Shown piece after piece: positions 39,220-48,854 of a stretch of 64,000 nucleotides of DNA (positions within the stretch are counted from its first letter, which is position 1; the number at the start of each line of letters is the position of its first letter). The notes beneath the pieces were generated by a model. It did no database searches and was not told where the DNA came from. It saw nothing but the letters and a program-made list of their open reading frames with translations. The translations under genes and the position numbers were made by a program. Source of the DNA: Ignavibacteriota bacterium (GTDB taxonomy: Bacteria > Bacteroidota > Ignavibacteria > Palsa-1295); assembly GCA_963787835.1 (NCBI GenBank), contig CAWBEI010000002.1, forward strand, positions 1,408,001 through 1,472,000, given 5' to 3'.

Positions 39220-40539
39220 ATGCGAATTCTTGTTCTTGGAGGCGGCGCTCGCGAGCACGCTATTTGTTGGAAACTGAAGCAATCGCCCCGCGTGGCGGCC
39301 ATCTTTTGCGCGCCTGGTAATGCGGGTATTGCAAAAATCGCAGAAACGGTAGAGCTTATCCCGACGGACGTAAAAGCCGTCCTCGGTTTCGCCATGCGCG
39401 AGCGGATCGACCTGGTCGTCGTTGGACCCGAAGGCCCGCTTGCAGCCGGAGTTGCCGACGCGCTCGATAAAGAGCACATTCCCGTTTTCGGCCCACGAAA
39501 AAATGCCGCGCTGCTCGAAAGTTCCAAAGCCTTTGCGAAGGAATTCATGCAGCGCCATGATATTCCCACCGCACGCTACGCCGTCTTCTCCTTCGAAGAT
39601 CAAGTCGAATGCCGAGCATTCCTGCGTCATGTGAACTACCCCGCCGTCATCAAAGCCGATGGCCTCGCTGCCGGAAAAGGCGTCATTATCTGCGAGACCG
39701 AAGCGGAGGGAACTCACGCCCTCGATGAGATCTTCACCCATCGCATCTTCGGCGAAGCCGGTCAGCGCATCGTCATCGAAGAATACATGATGGGCGACGA
39801 AGCCAGTATCTTCGCCATCACCGACGGCATCGACTACGGCTTGCTCGCTACCGCCCAGGATCACAAACGCATCTTCGATGGCGACCGAGGCAAGAACACC
39901 GGCGGCATGGGTGCGTACGCTCCTGCTGCGATCGTCACTCAGGAAATCATCGAGCAGGTCAAGCGCGAGATCATCGAACCGGCGCTCAAAGGCCTGCGCG
40001 ATGAGGGAAGGATTTATCGCGGCATCCTCTACATCGGCGTCATGATCTCCGGTGGTCGCGCTCGCGTCGTCGAGTTCAACGTTCGCTTTGGCGATCCCGA
40101 AGCCGAAGTGGTGCTGCCACTGCTCGATGGCGATCTCGCCGAAATTTTCCTCGCCTGCGCCGAAGGGCATCTTGCGCCCCTGTTGCCGATCAAGCAGTTC
40201 CCGGCTTCGGCGGTAACCATTGTGATGGCCAGCCAGGGCTATCCCGATAGTTACCAGACCGGCGAGGTCATCACTGGGCTCGAGGACTTCGACCAAAAGA
40301 AAGAGATCGAAGAGGGCATCGCAGTCTTTCATGGTGCCACCAAATTGGACGATCGCGGCCGCTTCCTCACCTCCGGCGGACGCGTGCTGTCCGTCACCGC
40401 CGTGGGATATGAGGAGGACCTTCGCCACACCATTACCGCTGCCTACAATGCCGTAGCCCAGATCAGCTTTAACGGCGCATACTACCGCAGCGACATCGGT
40501 AAAAAAGCCCTGCGCACTCCTGAATCTCGGACTGCTTAG
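39220..40539 (+). CDS. purD: Phosphoribosylamine-glycine ligase
   Basis: GGGAREHA, KADGLAAGKGV, NTGGMGAY, EFNVRFGDPE. Confidence 0.98.
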   Translation: MRILVLGGGAREHAICWKLKQSPRVAAIFCAPGNAGIAKIAETVELIPTDVKAVLGFAMRERIDLVVVGPEGPLAAGVADALDKEHIPVFGPRKNAALLESSKAFAKEFMQRHDIPTARYAVFSFEDQVECRAFLRHVNYPAVIKADGLAAGKGVIICETEAEGTHALDEIFTHRIFGEAGQRIVIEEYMMGDEASIFAITDGIDYGLLATAQDHKRIFDGDRGKNTGGMGAYAPAAIVTQEIIEQVKREIIEPALKGLRDEGRIYRGILYIGVMISGGRARVVEFNVRFGDPEAEVVLPLLDGDLAEIFLACAEGHLAPLLPIKQFPASAVTIVMASQGYPDSYQTGEVITGLEDFDQKKEIEEGIAVFHGATKLDDRGRFLTSGGRVLSVTAVGYEEDLRHTITAAYNAVAQISFNGAYYRSDIGKKALRTPESRTA

Positions 40540-40582
40540 AGAGAATTGGTAACATTTTACGTTATCCAAGTGTATTACTATT

Positions 40583-40879
40583 ATGAGCAATCTCAACTAT
40601 GACAAGGAACGATTAGAGGCGGTGTGCCGCGAGTATAACATCAAGCGGCTGGCGGTGTTCGGCTCGTACCTGCGCGGAGAGCAGAAACCGGCGAGCGATC
40701 TCGATCTCCTCGTGGAATTTGAGCCGGGTAAGATTCCGGGTCTGTTCCGTTTCTTTAGTATCCAACGAACGCTTGGGGAGCTTTTTCAGAAGAACGTCGA
40801 TCTTAGTTCACCCGGATTTCTTCACAAGTCCTTTCGTGAAGAGGTAAAGCAACATGCCCAACCTATCTACGCGGGATAA
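40583..40879 (+). CDS. MntA-type minimal nucleotidyltransferase antitoxin
   Basis: VFGSYLRGEQKPASDLDLLVEF. Confidence 0.92.
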   Translation: MSNLNYDKERLEAVCREYNIKRLAVFGSYLRGEQKPASDLDLLVEFEPGKIPGLFRFFSIQRTLGELFQKNVDLSSPGFLHKSFREEVKQHAQPIYAG

Positions 40880-41216
40880 CGATCTCTAGCGGATCGGTCA
40901 CATGATCCAGTTCAGCGAACAACTCATCGAGGCAACGCGCGGCGTCACCTTGAACGATCTCGAAGATGATTGGATGAGAATGCTCGCCATCATGCGGCTT
41001 TTCGAAACCCTCGGCGAGGCCGCAACAAGGGTGAGCAATCAGACCAAGAAAGCGAACCCGGAGATTCCTTGGCGCGATGCCACAGACATGCGAAACCGCC
41101 TGATCCACGGCTACGATGATATCGAATACGAATCTGTACTAAAGACCGTCGAAGAAGAGATTCCCGCGCTCCTCATCCAGCTTCGAGCACTTCAATCTGC
41201 ACAAAAGCGGTCGTAG
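40854..41216 (+). pseudogene. HepT/DUF86 HEPN RNase toxin with an in-frame TAG at codon 12 (40887-40889)
   Basis: MPNLSTRDNDL*RIGHMIQF...LGEAA...IPW...MRNRLIHGY; a restart at ATG 40902 is possible. Confidence 0.75.
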
Positions 41217-41221
41217 CTGAG

Positions 41222-41267
41222 AATCCATCCGCGTAATCCGCTCAGATCCGCGTCATCCAGGTTCAGA
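41222..41267. repeat. ~9-10-bp ATCCGC tandem repeats after the ftsZ stop
   Basis: atccgcgta atccgctcag atccgcgtc atccaggttcaga. Confidence 0.75.
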
Positions 41268-42794
41268 TTAATCCATTATCCGCTTCAAGAACGCGGGCCT
41301 GTCATCGCGGTCTTTTGGTGGTGTAACACTCCGATCTGACGCAACTCCGGCGCCGACGAACTGAGGCTCTCCCTCCCCTTCGTCAATGGGGGGAAGGGTG
41401 ATGCCGCGGCGGAGATAGGCGGGCTGGTCGTAGTCCTTGAGGTCGCGCGGGCCGCTGGGAACGTGCCGCGAATCGGTGCGTGGTGTGAGGCGCGAGATCT
41501 GTCCGGCATGTTCCCTCACGCCATCCCGTTCGGCGGGAGAAATAGGGCTGTCAGTGCTGGCGCTTCGCATGGAAGCGCGTTCGAAGGTTTCGCGTCCATC
41601 TTTTTCTGTGAGGGTTCCACGCGGGACGTACATGCGCTCGATCTTCGGAAGCGGCATCGCTTCTTCTCCAATTTCCATCGTGCCGGTTTCGCGGAGCGGG
41701 TTGATGCCAATCGCTTCCGGCGTGTCTTCAACCGGCTGTAAAATGCGTTCGACACGCGGTTTGGGTTTCCCATTCTCAGCGGAGTCGCGAGAGGGAAGCA
41801 TGGTGCTGCGCGGAGATATTCCGCCGTTGTATTTCGGCTTGGAATTAAATCCCGTGGCGATCACGGTAACCATAATTTCCTCATCCATCGAGTCGTCAAG
41901 CACGGCACCGAAGATAATATTGGCGTCGTCACCGGCCGCATCGTGAACGATCTGTGTTGCCTCGCTGACTTCAAGCAGCGACATCGAGCGCCCGCCCGTG
42001 ATATTAACCAGCACGCCTTGCGCGCCCTGTATCTTCACGCCTTCGAGCAGCGGGGAAGATATTGCTTGCTCGGCAGCAATAGCAGCGCGGTGTTCGCCGC
42101 GTCCCAAGCCGGAACCCATGATGGCGTCACCCATTTCACGCATGACGGTTCGCACGTCCGCAAAATCAACGTTGATGTAGCCGTGCCGCGTGATGAGTTC
42201 GGAAATTCCACGCGTCGCATTGTACAGCACTTGATTGGCAAGTGAGAATCCATCGAGGAACGAAGTTCCATTCTCGACAAGTGCGAGTAATTTCTGGTTC
42301 GGTATAACGATCAGCGTATCGACGTTCTGGCGTAGTTCCTCGATACCCTCTTCGGCTTGCTTCGCACGGCGTTTGCCTTCGAATTGGAATGGCTTTGTGA
42401 CAATGCCAACAACGAGCGCGCCGGCATCTTTCGCAATACCGGCGACCGTTGCCGCGCCGCCGGTTCCCGTTCCGCCGCCCATGCCGGCGGTGACGAACAC
42501 CATATCGCACGAGGCGATCATGCGCGAGATCTCCTCGCGGTCTTCTTCGACGGCTTTGCGCCCAACTTCGGGATCGGCGCCCGCGCCTAATCCGCGCGTA
42601 AGGTTCTTGCCGATCTGTAATTTTATCGGTGCAGAACTTTTTTCCAGCGCCTGCACATCGGTGTTGAGGACGCAGAATTCCACGCCTTCCAGACCCTTGT
42701 TTATCATCGAGTTCACTGCGTTCGATCCGCCGCCGCCGATGCCGACGATCCTAATCTTTGCGCCATATTCCTGCTTGGTGTCGAGTTCTATCAT
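41268..42794 (-). CDS. ftsZ: Cell division protein FtsZ
   Basis: GIGGGGSNA, GMGGGTGTG, INVDFADV. Confidence 0.99.
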   Translation of the reverse strand: MIELDTKQEYGAKIRIVGIGGGGSNAVNSMINKGLEGVEFCVLNTDVQALEKSSAPIKLQIGKNLTRGLGAGADPEVGRKAVEEDREEISRMIASCDMVFVTAGMGGGTGTGGAATVAGIAKDAGALVVGIVTKPFQFEGKRRAKQAEEGIEELRQNVDTLIVIPNQKLLALVENGTSFLDGFSLANQVLYNATRGISELITRHGYINVDFADVRTVMREMGDAIMGSGLGRGEHRAAIAAEQAISSPLLEGVKIQGAQGVLVNITGGRSMSLLEVSEATQIVHDAAGDDANIIFGAVLDDSMDEEIMVTVIATGFNSKPKYNGGISPRSTMLPSRDSAENGKPKPRVERILQPVEDTPEAIGINPLRETGTMEIGEEAMPLPKIERMYVPRGTLTEKDGRETFERASMRSASTDSPISPAERDGVREHAGQISRLTPRTDSRHVPSGPRDLKDYDQPAYLRRGITLPPIDEGEGEPQFVGAGVASDRSVTPPKDRDDRPAFLKRIMD

Positions 42795-42841
42795 GGTTGT
42801 ATAGGGGTTAAAAATTTATTGTTTCCGATCACAAAATTGGT

Positions 42842-44224
42842 TTAGAGTTGTTCGAACCATTCCTTCATTCTGGAGAAAATATTTCCAGCCTGTCCGTTCA
42901 TGGTTTGATCGTCCTGGATTTCCGCTGCCGGTTCTGCCGGAATTTCTTCTTGCACATACGATGCCGGTGCGTGATGTTTGAACGCATAGAGTACAAGCCC
43001 CACGGCCGTCGAAAAGACCGGCGATTCCACTTCCTTGACGAGCCCTGCCCCAAATCCCATCGGCATTCCGATCTTGACGGGCATTTGGAATATCTCTTCA
43101 GCGAGTTCCCGCGTGCCATTTGTCATCGAGCCGCCGCCCGTGAGCACTACGCCAGCGGAAAGATGGCGCGCATAGCCCGATCGCTTGATCTCCGCGAGCG
43201 CGAATTCTAATATTTCTTCCATGCGTGGCTGAATCACTCTTGCCAGCACCGACTTCGCGATCTCGCGCGGCTTGCGCCCTGCAAGTCCTGGAAGCTGAAT
43301 TACTTCATCGCGCAAAATGTGGGATACGACCGCGCAGCCATACTCGCGCTTCAGACGTTCAGCTTGATCGCCCAAAATACCAAGACCTTTACGAACGTCG
43401 TCGGTAACCTTTTGTCCTGCAATACCGATGACAGCGGTATGACGAATCGTTCTCTCTTCGAAAACGGCAATGTCCGTCGTGCCGCCGCCAATATCGACGA
43501 GCGCAACGCCCACTTCTTTCTCTTCATCATCCAACACGGCATAGCTCGATGCAAGCGGCTCGAGCACAATGTCGCGGACGCGAATTCCTGCACGCTCCAC
43601 GCAATTATGAATATTTTGCACCGCTGTCACAAGCCCATTGATGATATGAACGCTGGCTTCCAGACGCACGCCGGACATACCGATCGGCTCGTAAATACCA
43701 TCCTGACCATCAACGATGTACTCCTGCGGAATAACATGGAGGATCTTGCGATCCTGTGGCAAGTGAACTTTTTTAGTATCCTCGATGAGGCGCTGAACGT
43801 CGTCTTCGGTGATCGTTCGCTCGGCATTCGAGATCGTCACAACGCCGCGCGATTGAAACGACTGAATGTGATCGCCCGCAATGCCAACGACGACCTCGCG
43901 TATCTTCACGCCGCTCTGTGCTTCTGCCTCAGCAATTGCGCGTTCAATGGAGCGAACCGTCTTTTCGATATTGGTCACTACGCCGCGTGACAGGCCATCC
44001 GCAGGCGCATGACCGACTCCGAGGATCGTCATCGTGCGCGGTTCCCGCAGCGAAAGCGCCGCGACGATCGCGCAGACTTTCGTGGTGCCGACATCCAGGC
44101 CGACAATAATTCGGCCCGGATCGAGCGAACTCGGTACGCCGATCATCGGCGCGGAGTTCATGGGTGTTGAATAGGAAGAATCAGTTGGATGATCGCTTAT
44201 TCGCGTTCGTTGCATAGTGGGCAT
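42842..44224 (-). CDS. ftsA: Cell division protein FtsA
   Basis: GLDVGTTKV, DIGGGTTD, VLTGGG; start approximate. Confidence 0.97.
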   Translation of the reverse strand: MPTMQRTRISDHPTDSSYSTPMNSAPMIGVPSSLDPGRIIVGLDVGTTKVCAIVAALSLREPRTMTILGVGHAPADGLSRGVVTNIEKTVRSIERAIAEAEAQSGVKIREVVVGIAGDHIQSFQSRGVVTISNAERTITEDDVQRLIEDTKKVHLPQDRKILHVIPQEYIVDGQDGIYEPIGMSGVRLEASVHIINGLVTAVQNIHNCVERAGIRVRDIVLEPLASSYAVLDDEEKEVGVALVDIGGGTTDIAVFEERTIRHTAVIGIAGQKVTDDVRKGLGILGDQAERLKREYGCAVVSHILRDEVIQLPGLAGRKPREIAKSVLARVIQPRMEEILEFALAEIKRSGYARHLSAGVVLTGGGSMTNGTRELAEEIFQMPVKIGMPMGFGAGLVKEVESPVFSTAVGLVLYAFKHHAPASYVQEEIPAEPAAEIQDDQTMNGQAGNIFSRMKEWFEQL

Positions 44225-45386
44225 GGTTAGGTTCTGACTGCAAGGCGGCCTGGGAAGCTGGCACTCCGGTGACCGCCTGTTGTTGAAATTTATGTCTTAA
44301 AATTATTTGTCCGTTGAAGCGTGCATCGACATACAGCGCATGTCCCGCAAGGATCTCGCTTCGTAATCTCTCTTTCCAGATGGTTGCCAGGAGATTCAAT
44401 TGGCGGTAGAAGAGCGATGTTTCATTGTTCGGAGTAGCCGAGGCCAACTGGTCTTCCAGCGCGGTGTGGAACTCTCGATCGAACGGGGAGCCGAGGAATA
44501 TTGGCGTTTCGGTTTCTGAAGTATAGATCACATACGCACCGGTTGGCGTTTGATGCAGTTCGCCGATCGCATCTTTTAGCGCGCCGGAATCGAGTGAGGC
44601 GATCAACATCACTAATTTCGACATCGCCTGAAATCGTATCGTGTCTCGCGCACTTACTCCGGAAAGCAGCGGCACTTGTAAGATTTTGGAAGGATTGCGA
44701 AGCCCTGCAATTAGTTTAGGCCGAAGCAGTACCCCATCGCGGTCGATAATAAATGTTTCCCCAGCAGAACCGCCGGCTGTGGAATCGCTGTGCAGCAAAG
44801 CGACCGGTTGCCGCTCTTCGATCGAGAGTACCAGCGTTGCAGGGCTCAGTTCCCGATGCACATGGGCGCTACGAATAAGCGAATGCGTCATCAGCCGCTC
44901 CTCGATCTGCTTGAGATTGATCTGGTAAAATGGTACCGAAGCATTAATGCCTGCAAGTTGAAGGACTTCTTCGTTCGAAAGCAGAGCCGCGCCTTCGACT
45001 TTCACGCGAGAAAGCCGAAGACCGCCATCCGATCGTGAAGCGAGATACCATATCATACCAAGCACAAGTATCGCCGTGATAAAGAGCGCCCCCGGCCACC
45101 TGGAATGTTTCCACGAAGCGTCGGACTCACCTTCCTCGGGTTCCGTAACTTCTTCATCCGTTGGTGCCTCATCGTATTCGCCGGTGCTGCTATCCTGGGT
45201 GTATGTTCCGAGCAGATCAGGCTCTTTCATTTCATCATTCAATGCATCTGCCGTAGCTTGACCGAGCATGGTTCGCTGCGAAGCGGGATTATCCGCCGAG
45301 CGAATAGCCCGCGGCAGATCATCAAGCTCCCGTTCGGGGAGATTGACATATTCCTTTCGCTCGGTCGAGTGAATGATGAGTTTCAT
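44181..45386 (-). CDS. ftsQ: Cell division protein FtsQ/DivIB
   Basis: TM plus POTRA (VKVEG...IEERQPVA), YVDARFNGQII; located before ftsA. Confidence 0.85.
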   Translation of the reverse strand: MKLIIHSTERKEYVNLPERELDDLPRAIRSADNPASQRTMLGQATADALNDEMKEPDLLGTYTQDSSTGEYDEAPTDEEVTEPEEGESDASWKHSRWPGALFITAILVLGMIWYLASRSDGGLRLSRVKVEGAALLSNEEVLQLAGINASVPFYQINLKQIEERLMTHSLIRSAHVHRELSPATLVLSIEERQPVALLHSDSTAGGSAGETFIIDRDGVLLRPKLIAGLRNPSKILQVPLLSGVSARDTIRFQAMSKLVMLIASLDSGALKDAIGELHQTPTGAYVIYTSETETPIFLGSPFDREFHTALEDQLASATPNNETSLFYRQLNLLATIWKERLRSEILAGHALYVDARFNGQIILRHKFQQQAVTGVPASQAALQSEPNHAHYATNANKRSSN

Positions 45387-45538
45387 AATTCGTTCTTATG
45401 TTGCTCTTATAAGAAGCATGCTCCGCCTCCTGCGGTTACAGGCGCATTCGCTGAAAAATGAAATAGAGTGAGATGGTTACCCTTTGGATAAAGGGTACCT
45501 GCGTCCGGGATGCGGACTGCTAAAATGAGGAGAAGTTA

Positions 45539-46879
45539 CTACGATTCCACGGCTATCGCTGCAGAATGAACTGGTTCCGGTTGACCGGCTTCGTGTTGGG
45601 AATGATCCTCGCGATGATCGGCCACACGGTAATTCATGCCATAGGTCCATCCTTCGAGTTGTACTTGTGCGTCGCGATAGATCGTCGGGCTATAATAGCG
45701 GATAGGGAACCGGTTGCGCAGCATTCGAAGCTCCGTTTTCAAGATTCCCAGCAGGGTTAGCAAGGTTTGTTGTGCCTTTGCATTTTTGGAAGCACTCTTC
45801 TGAATTTCCTCCGGAATGTACCAGCCGGCATCCTCGTAGTTGGCAAGCATCGTGGCAAGTGAAGCGGGTTCCAGCCGTTTCCCTTCGGTGAATAGCCAGG
45901 GTAGTGTTTCTACGACCGTTAGCTTTTTAAGCTCCATCATCGGCCAAATGGAAAGGTCTTCGCGGCCAGCTTCGAGTAACTGGCTTAGCATAGCCATGCC
46001 AAGCAGCGCATCTTTGCCACGGTGGTTGCCATTAAATTCATATCGCTCGGTCAGCCGGTTATATCCGATCTGGATCGTGCTCATCGTATTCCTGCCGGCA
46101 AGCGAGATCACTGGAAGATCGGTGCGTCGAAATCGCTCGGCCAGCGATTGCTGCTCGTGCGGCTCCAATTTCTTCGGCTGAATATTGGATTGCTGCTGAA
46201 AATTCCATCCCCGGTCATTTGGGCGGCGGGATGGCCGTTCAAATGATTTCGGAGTTTCGGGATCGAGATACGATTCGCGATACCGCCCGAGCCGTTCGAC
46301 CCACAACCGTGCGCCATCATCGACATTCCTCTTGAGATCCTCACGAACGGTTCGGATCATGCTCCGCCAATCGGCAAGGCCTTCGGTTGCAGAAAGCATT
46401 TCCAAAAAGGCAGCGGGATAACTAAAATTAAAATCCAGAGTGACGAGGCCCGCATCCATTTCAAGGATCCGGTCTAAGATCTCTTTGCGCGTTCGTACTT
46501 TTTCGAGTTTTTGAACAACCACCCAGTCTCCTTCGATCGTAGCTTCGGTCCACAGCAATTCTGATGCGGGTTCTCGTTCGCCGGACCAGGATACAAAAAC
46601 GACGCGTCGAAAGACTCCTATTCGTTTTGCTATTGGCCTCGCAGAAGATCGCTGGTCAGATTTTCGGTTTTTTACTTTACCGCCATTCGATCTTCGTGGT
46701 TTGTTATTACGCTTTGGCCGTTCACCATTTGGGATGGACTCCACGGGTGTCGTCTCAGGTTCCGTAATGGCAGATTCTTCCGGAACGGCTTGATCGGCAG
46801 TGAGAGCTTCGGAGGGATCAGAGCTAGCTTCCGGCTGGATCAATTCTTGGTCTTGTTCGAGTTCGTTCATTATGGTCAA
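45539..46879 (-). CDS. Hypothetical protein, DUF429-like RNase H fold (degenerate)
   Basis: VFVSWSG, LDFNFSYP, RRTD, VVETLP, LEGW pattern; acidic disordered N-terminus. Confidence 0.5.
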   Translation of the reverse strand: MTIMNELEQDQELIQPEASSDPSEALTADQAVPEESAITEPETTPVESIPNGERPKRNNKPRRSNGGKVKNRKSDQRSSARPIAKRIGVFRRVVFVSWSGEREPASELLWTEATIEGDWVVVQKLEKVRTRKEILDRILEMDAGLVTLDFNFSYPAAFLEMLSATEGLADWRSMIRTVREDLKRNVDDGARLWVERLGRYRESYLDPETPKSFERPSRRPNDRGWNFQQQSNIQPKKLEPHEQQSLAERFRRTDLPVISLAGRNTMSTIQIGYNRLTERYEFNGNHRGKDALLGMAMLSQLLEAGREDLSIWPMMELKKLTVVETLPWLFTEGKRLEPASLATMLANYEDAGWYIPEEIQKSASKNAKAQQTLLTLLGILKTELRMLRNRFPIRYYSPTIYRDAQVQLEGWTYGMNYRVADHREDHSQHEAGQPEPVHSAAIAVES

Positions 46880-48342
46880 TTCTTTTCCTCGGATGCCGTT
46901 TCAAGCGTTCGCTCAGTGGCGATCTCACGAAGTATAAGAGGCGCCGCTTCGGTGATCGTGCCCGCGCCGATCGTAAGGACCACGTCCCCTGCGCGAAGAA
47001 TTCCTTCAAGCACCAAAGGCAGCTCTTTCGTGCCAGCAACAGAATATATCTCCTTCGGCCCTACACTTTTGGCTGCATCCAGAATGAGCGAACTCGTCAC
47101 TCCGGGGATGGGTGCTTCCCGTGCCGGATAGATATCAAGTAGTACAACCACATCCGCGAGCGAAGCAAGCACCAGTCCAAAGCCTTCGGCAAAATCGCGA
47201 GTACGTGTGAATGTGTGTGGCTGAAAACAGGCGACGATCCTTCTACCCGGATACACCTGGCGCGCCGTTGTCAGCGTAGCGTGAAGTTCGGTCGGATGGT
47301 GCGCGTAATCATCGATGACGACAATGCCGTAGGCTTCTCCAATCACTTCGAACCTTCGCTCGGCGCCGCCAAATCGTTTCAACGCCCGAAGCGTAATATC
47401 GAGTGGTATGGAAAGCACATCTGCTGTAGCGATGGCAGCAAGCGCGTTCAGCATATTATGCTTCCCGGGCACATGCAGTTCGATCTCGCCAACGGATTCA
47501 CCGGCCCGAACGAGCGTGGCCCGCGATCGCTGTGGCTGTTGCGATAGATTGCTTGCACGATACTTTGTTTCGGATGAATCGATACCATAGGTCACGATTC
47601 GCTTGCGCAGACGAGGCGTAATTTCGCGGAGCATTGGCTCGTCGATGCAGATGATTGCAAATCCCGTGGGGGGGGCTTGATGGCCATTTCGTAACAGGTC
47701 GAGACCGGCCGAATGGGAGCCGCTAACCGGTTCCTGATTCGCAAATTCAACGAACGCATCTCTGAGCGAATCGACATTCTCATAGGTATCGAGATGCTCG
47801 GCTTCAAGCGAAGTCATCACCGCGATGTACGACCCTCCGAGTGCAAGAAAACTGCGGTCGTATTCGTCTGCTTCGATCACCGCGATCTTACCGGCTCCGG
47901 CGCGGGAATTCTTACCGCCTAATTCCATTACGCTTGCTCCGACGAGCACAAGTGGATCGAGTCCGGCTTCTATGAGAACAGACGCGATCATGCTCGTAAC
48001 CGTTGTTTTGCCATGCGTCCCGGCGACGGCGATCACCATGTGGCCCCGCAATAGTTCTCCAAGGAAATCCGCGCGGCGTATCAAGCGAATGCCGCGATGA
48101 GCGGCTTCTACACGTTCGACGTTATGGTTGTTTATTGCTGAGGAATATACTACGACGTCCGCACCATCTACATGCTTTGCATCGTGCCCGATCGAGATCG
48201 TTGCGCCAAGCGATGCAAGCTCGTCCGTCTTTTTATTGTGTGCAGTATCGCTGCCGCTAACGGCGACGCCACGCATGAGCAACAGCTCCGCCAGCCCGCT
48301 CATGCCGGCGCCGCCAATACCGATGAAATGGACGTGACGCAA
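46876..48342 (-). CDS. murC: UDP-N-acetylmuramate-L-alanine ligase
   Basis: HFIGIGGAGMSG, GTHGKTT, EADEYD, DDYAHHPTE; TTG start. Confidence 0.97.
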   Translation of the reverse strand: MRHVHFIGIGGAGMSGLAELLLMRGVAVSGSDTAHNKKTDELASLGATISIGHDAKHVDGADVVVYSSAINNHNVERVEAAHRGIRLIRRADFLGELLRGHMVIAVAGTHGKTTVTSMIASVLIEAGLDPLVLVGASVMELGGKNSRAGAGKIAVIEADEYDRSFLALGGSYIAVMTSLEAEHLDTYENVDSLRDAFVEFANQEPVSGSHSAGLDLLRNGHQAPPTGFAIICIDEPMLREITPRLRKRIVTYGIDSSETKYRASNLSQQPQRSRATLVRAGESVGEIELHVPGKHNMLNALAAIATADVLSIPLDITLRALKRFGGAERRFEVIGEAYGIVVIDDYAHHPTELHATLTTARQVYPGRRIVACFQPHTFTRTRDFAEGFGLVLASLADVVVLLDIYPAREAPIPGVTSSLILDAAKSVGPKEIYSVAGTKELPLVLEGILRAGDVVLTIGAGTITEAAPLILREIATERTLETASEEKN

Positions 48343-48350
48343 GAAAAAAT

Positions 48351-48854
48351 TTATGATTGCCGCGTTGCGCGTGCATGGCGTGTGACCGCAAGTGGGCCAG
48401 CCCACTCGCGAAGATCGTTCAGCAGTTTGCGGCGATGCTCGAAATTTGCAAGACGTATCAGGATAGGCCGGTATTGCGTTTTGAGTTTGATTCGCACCCA
48501 GCGGATACGTCTGGTTCCCATTTTGGAAGGGTCGATCCGGATGGATGCAACATCGTTACGGGCGATCCGGCGGGTTCGAGCGCGGCTCGTGAAATGGATG
48601 GCATCCCGAACGATTTCGATCTGCCGCCGCATAATAAGATTGTAAAGCAACGCAAGGATCCCAAGGAGCGTGATTATGGAAAGCAGTAACAACAGCGGGT
48701 CCTGCCAGAGCGTTGGAAATACCTGCCAATCCATGATCGATCGAATGACGAGATACAGCACCAGCGTCGCCGCATAGACAGCGATGGACTGATACAGGAA
48801 ATCGAGCCGTGCGCGATAAATATGTTTCTCGTCGTCCATGATGTTTCTCTCCAA
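48351..48854 (-). CDS. Hypothetical 2-TM membrane protein with a basic C-terminal domain
   Basis: Two hydrophobic helices; tightly packed between murG and murC. Confidence 0.7.
   Translation of the reverse strand: MERNIMDDEKHIYRARLDFLYQSIAVYAATLVLYLVIRSIMDWQVFPTLWQDPLLLLLSIITLLGILALLYNLIMRRQIEIVRDAIHFTSRARTRRIARNDVASIRIDPSKMGTRRIRWVRIKLKTQYRPILIRLANFEHRRKLLNDLREWAGPLAVTRHARATRQS

Noticed and set aside
39199-40596. 465-aa antisense ORF, and other long shadow ORFs such as 25546..26472 and 20928..21620
   Set aside because: They mirror well-supported genes with biased codon usage and have no recognisable motifs.
40887-40889. Amber recoding (alternative genetic code)
   Set aside because: TAG ends conserved genes such as pth, purD, yicC and murD at their expected termini.
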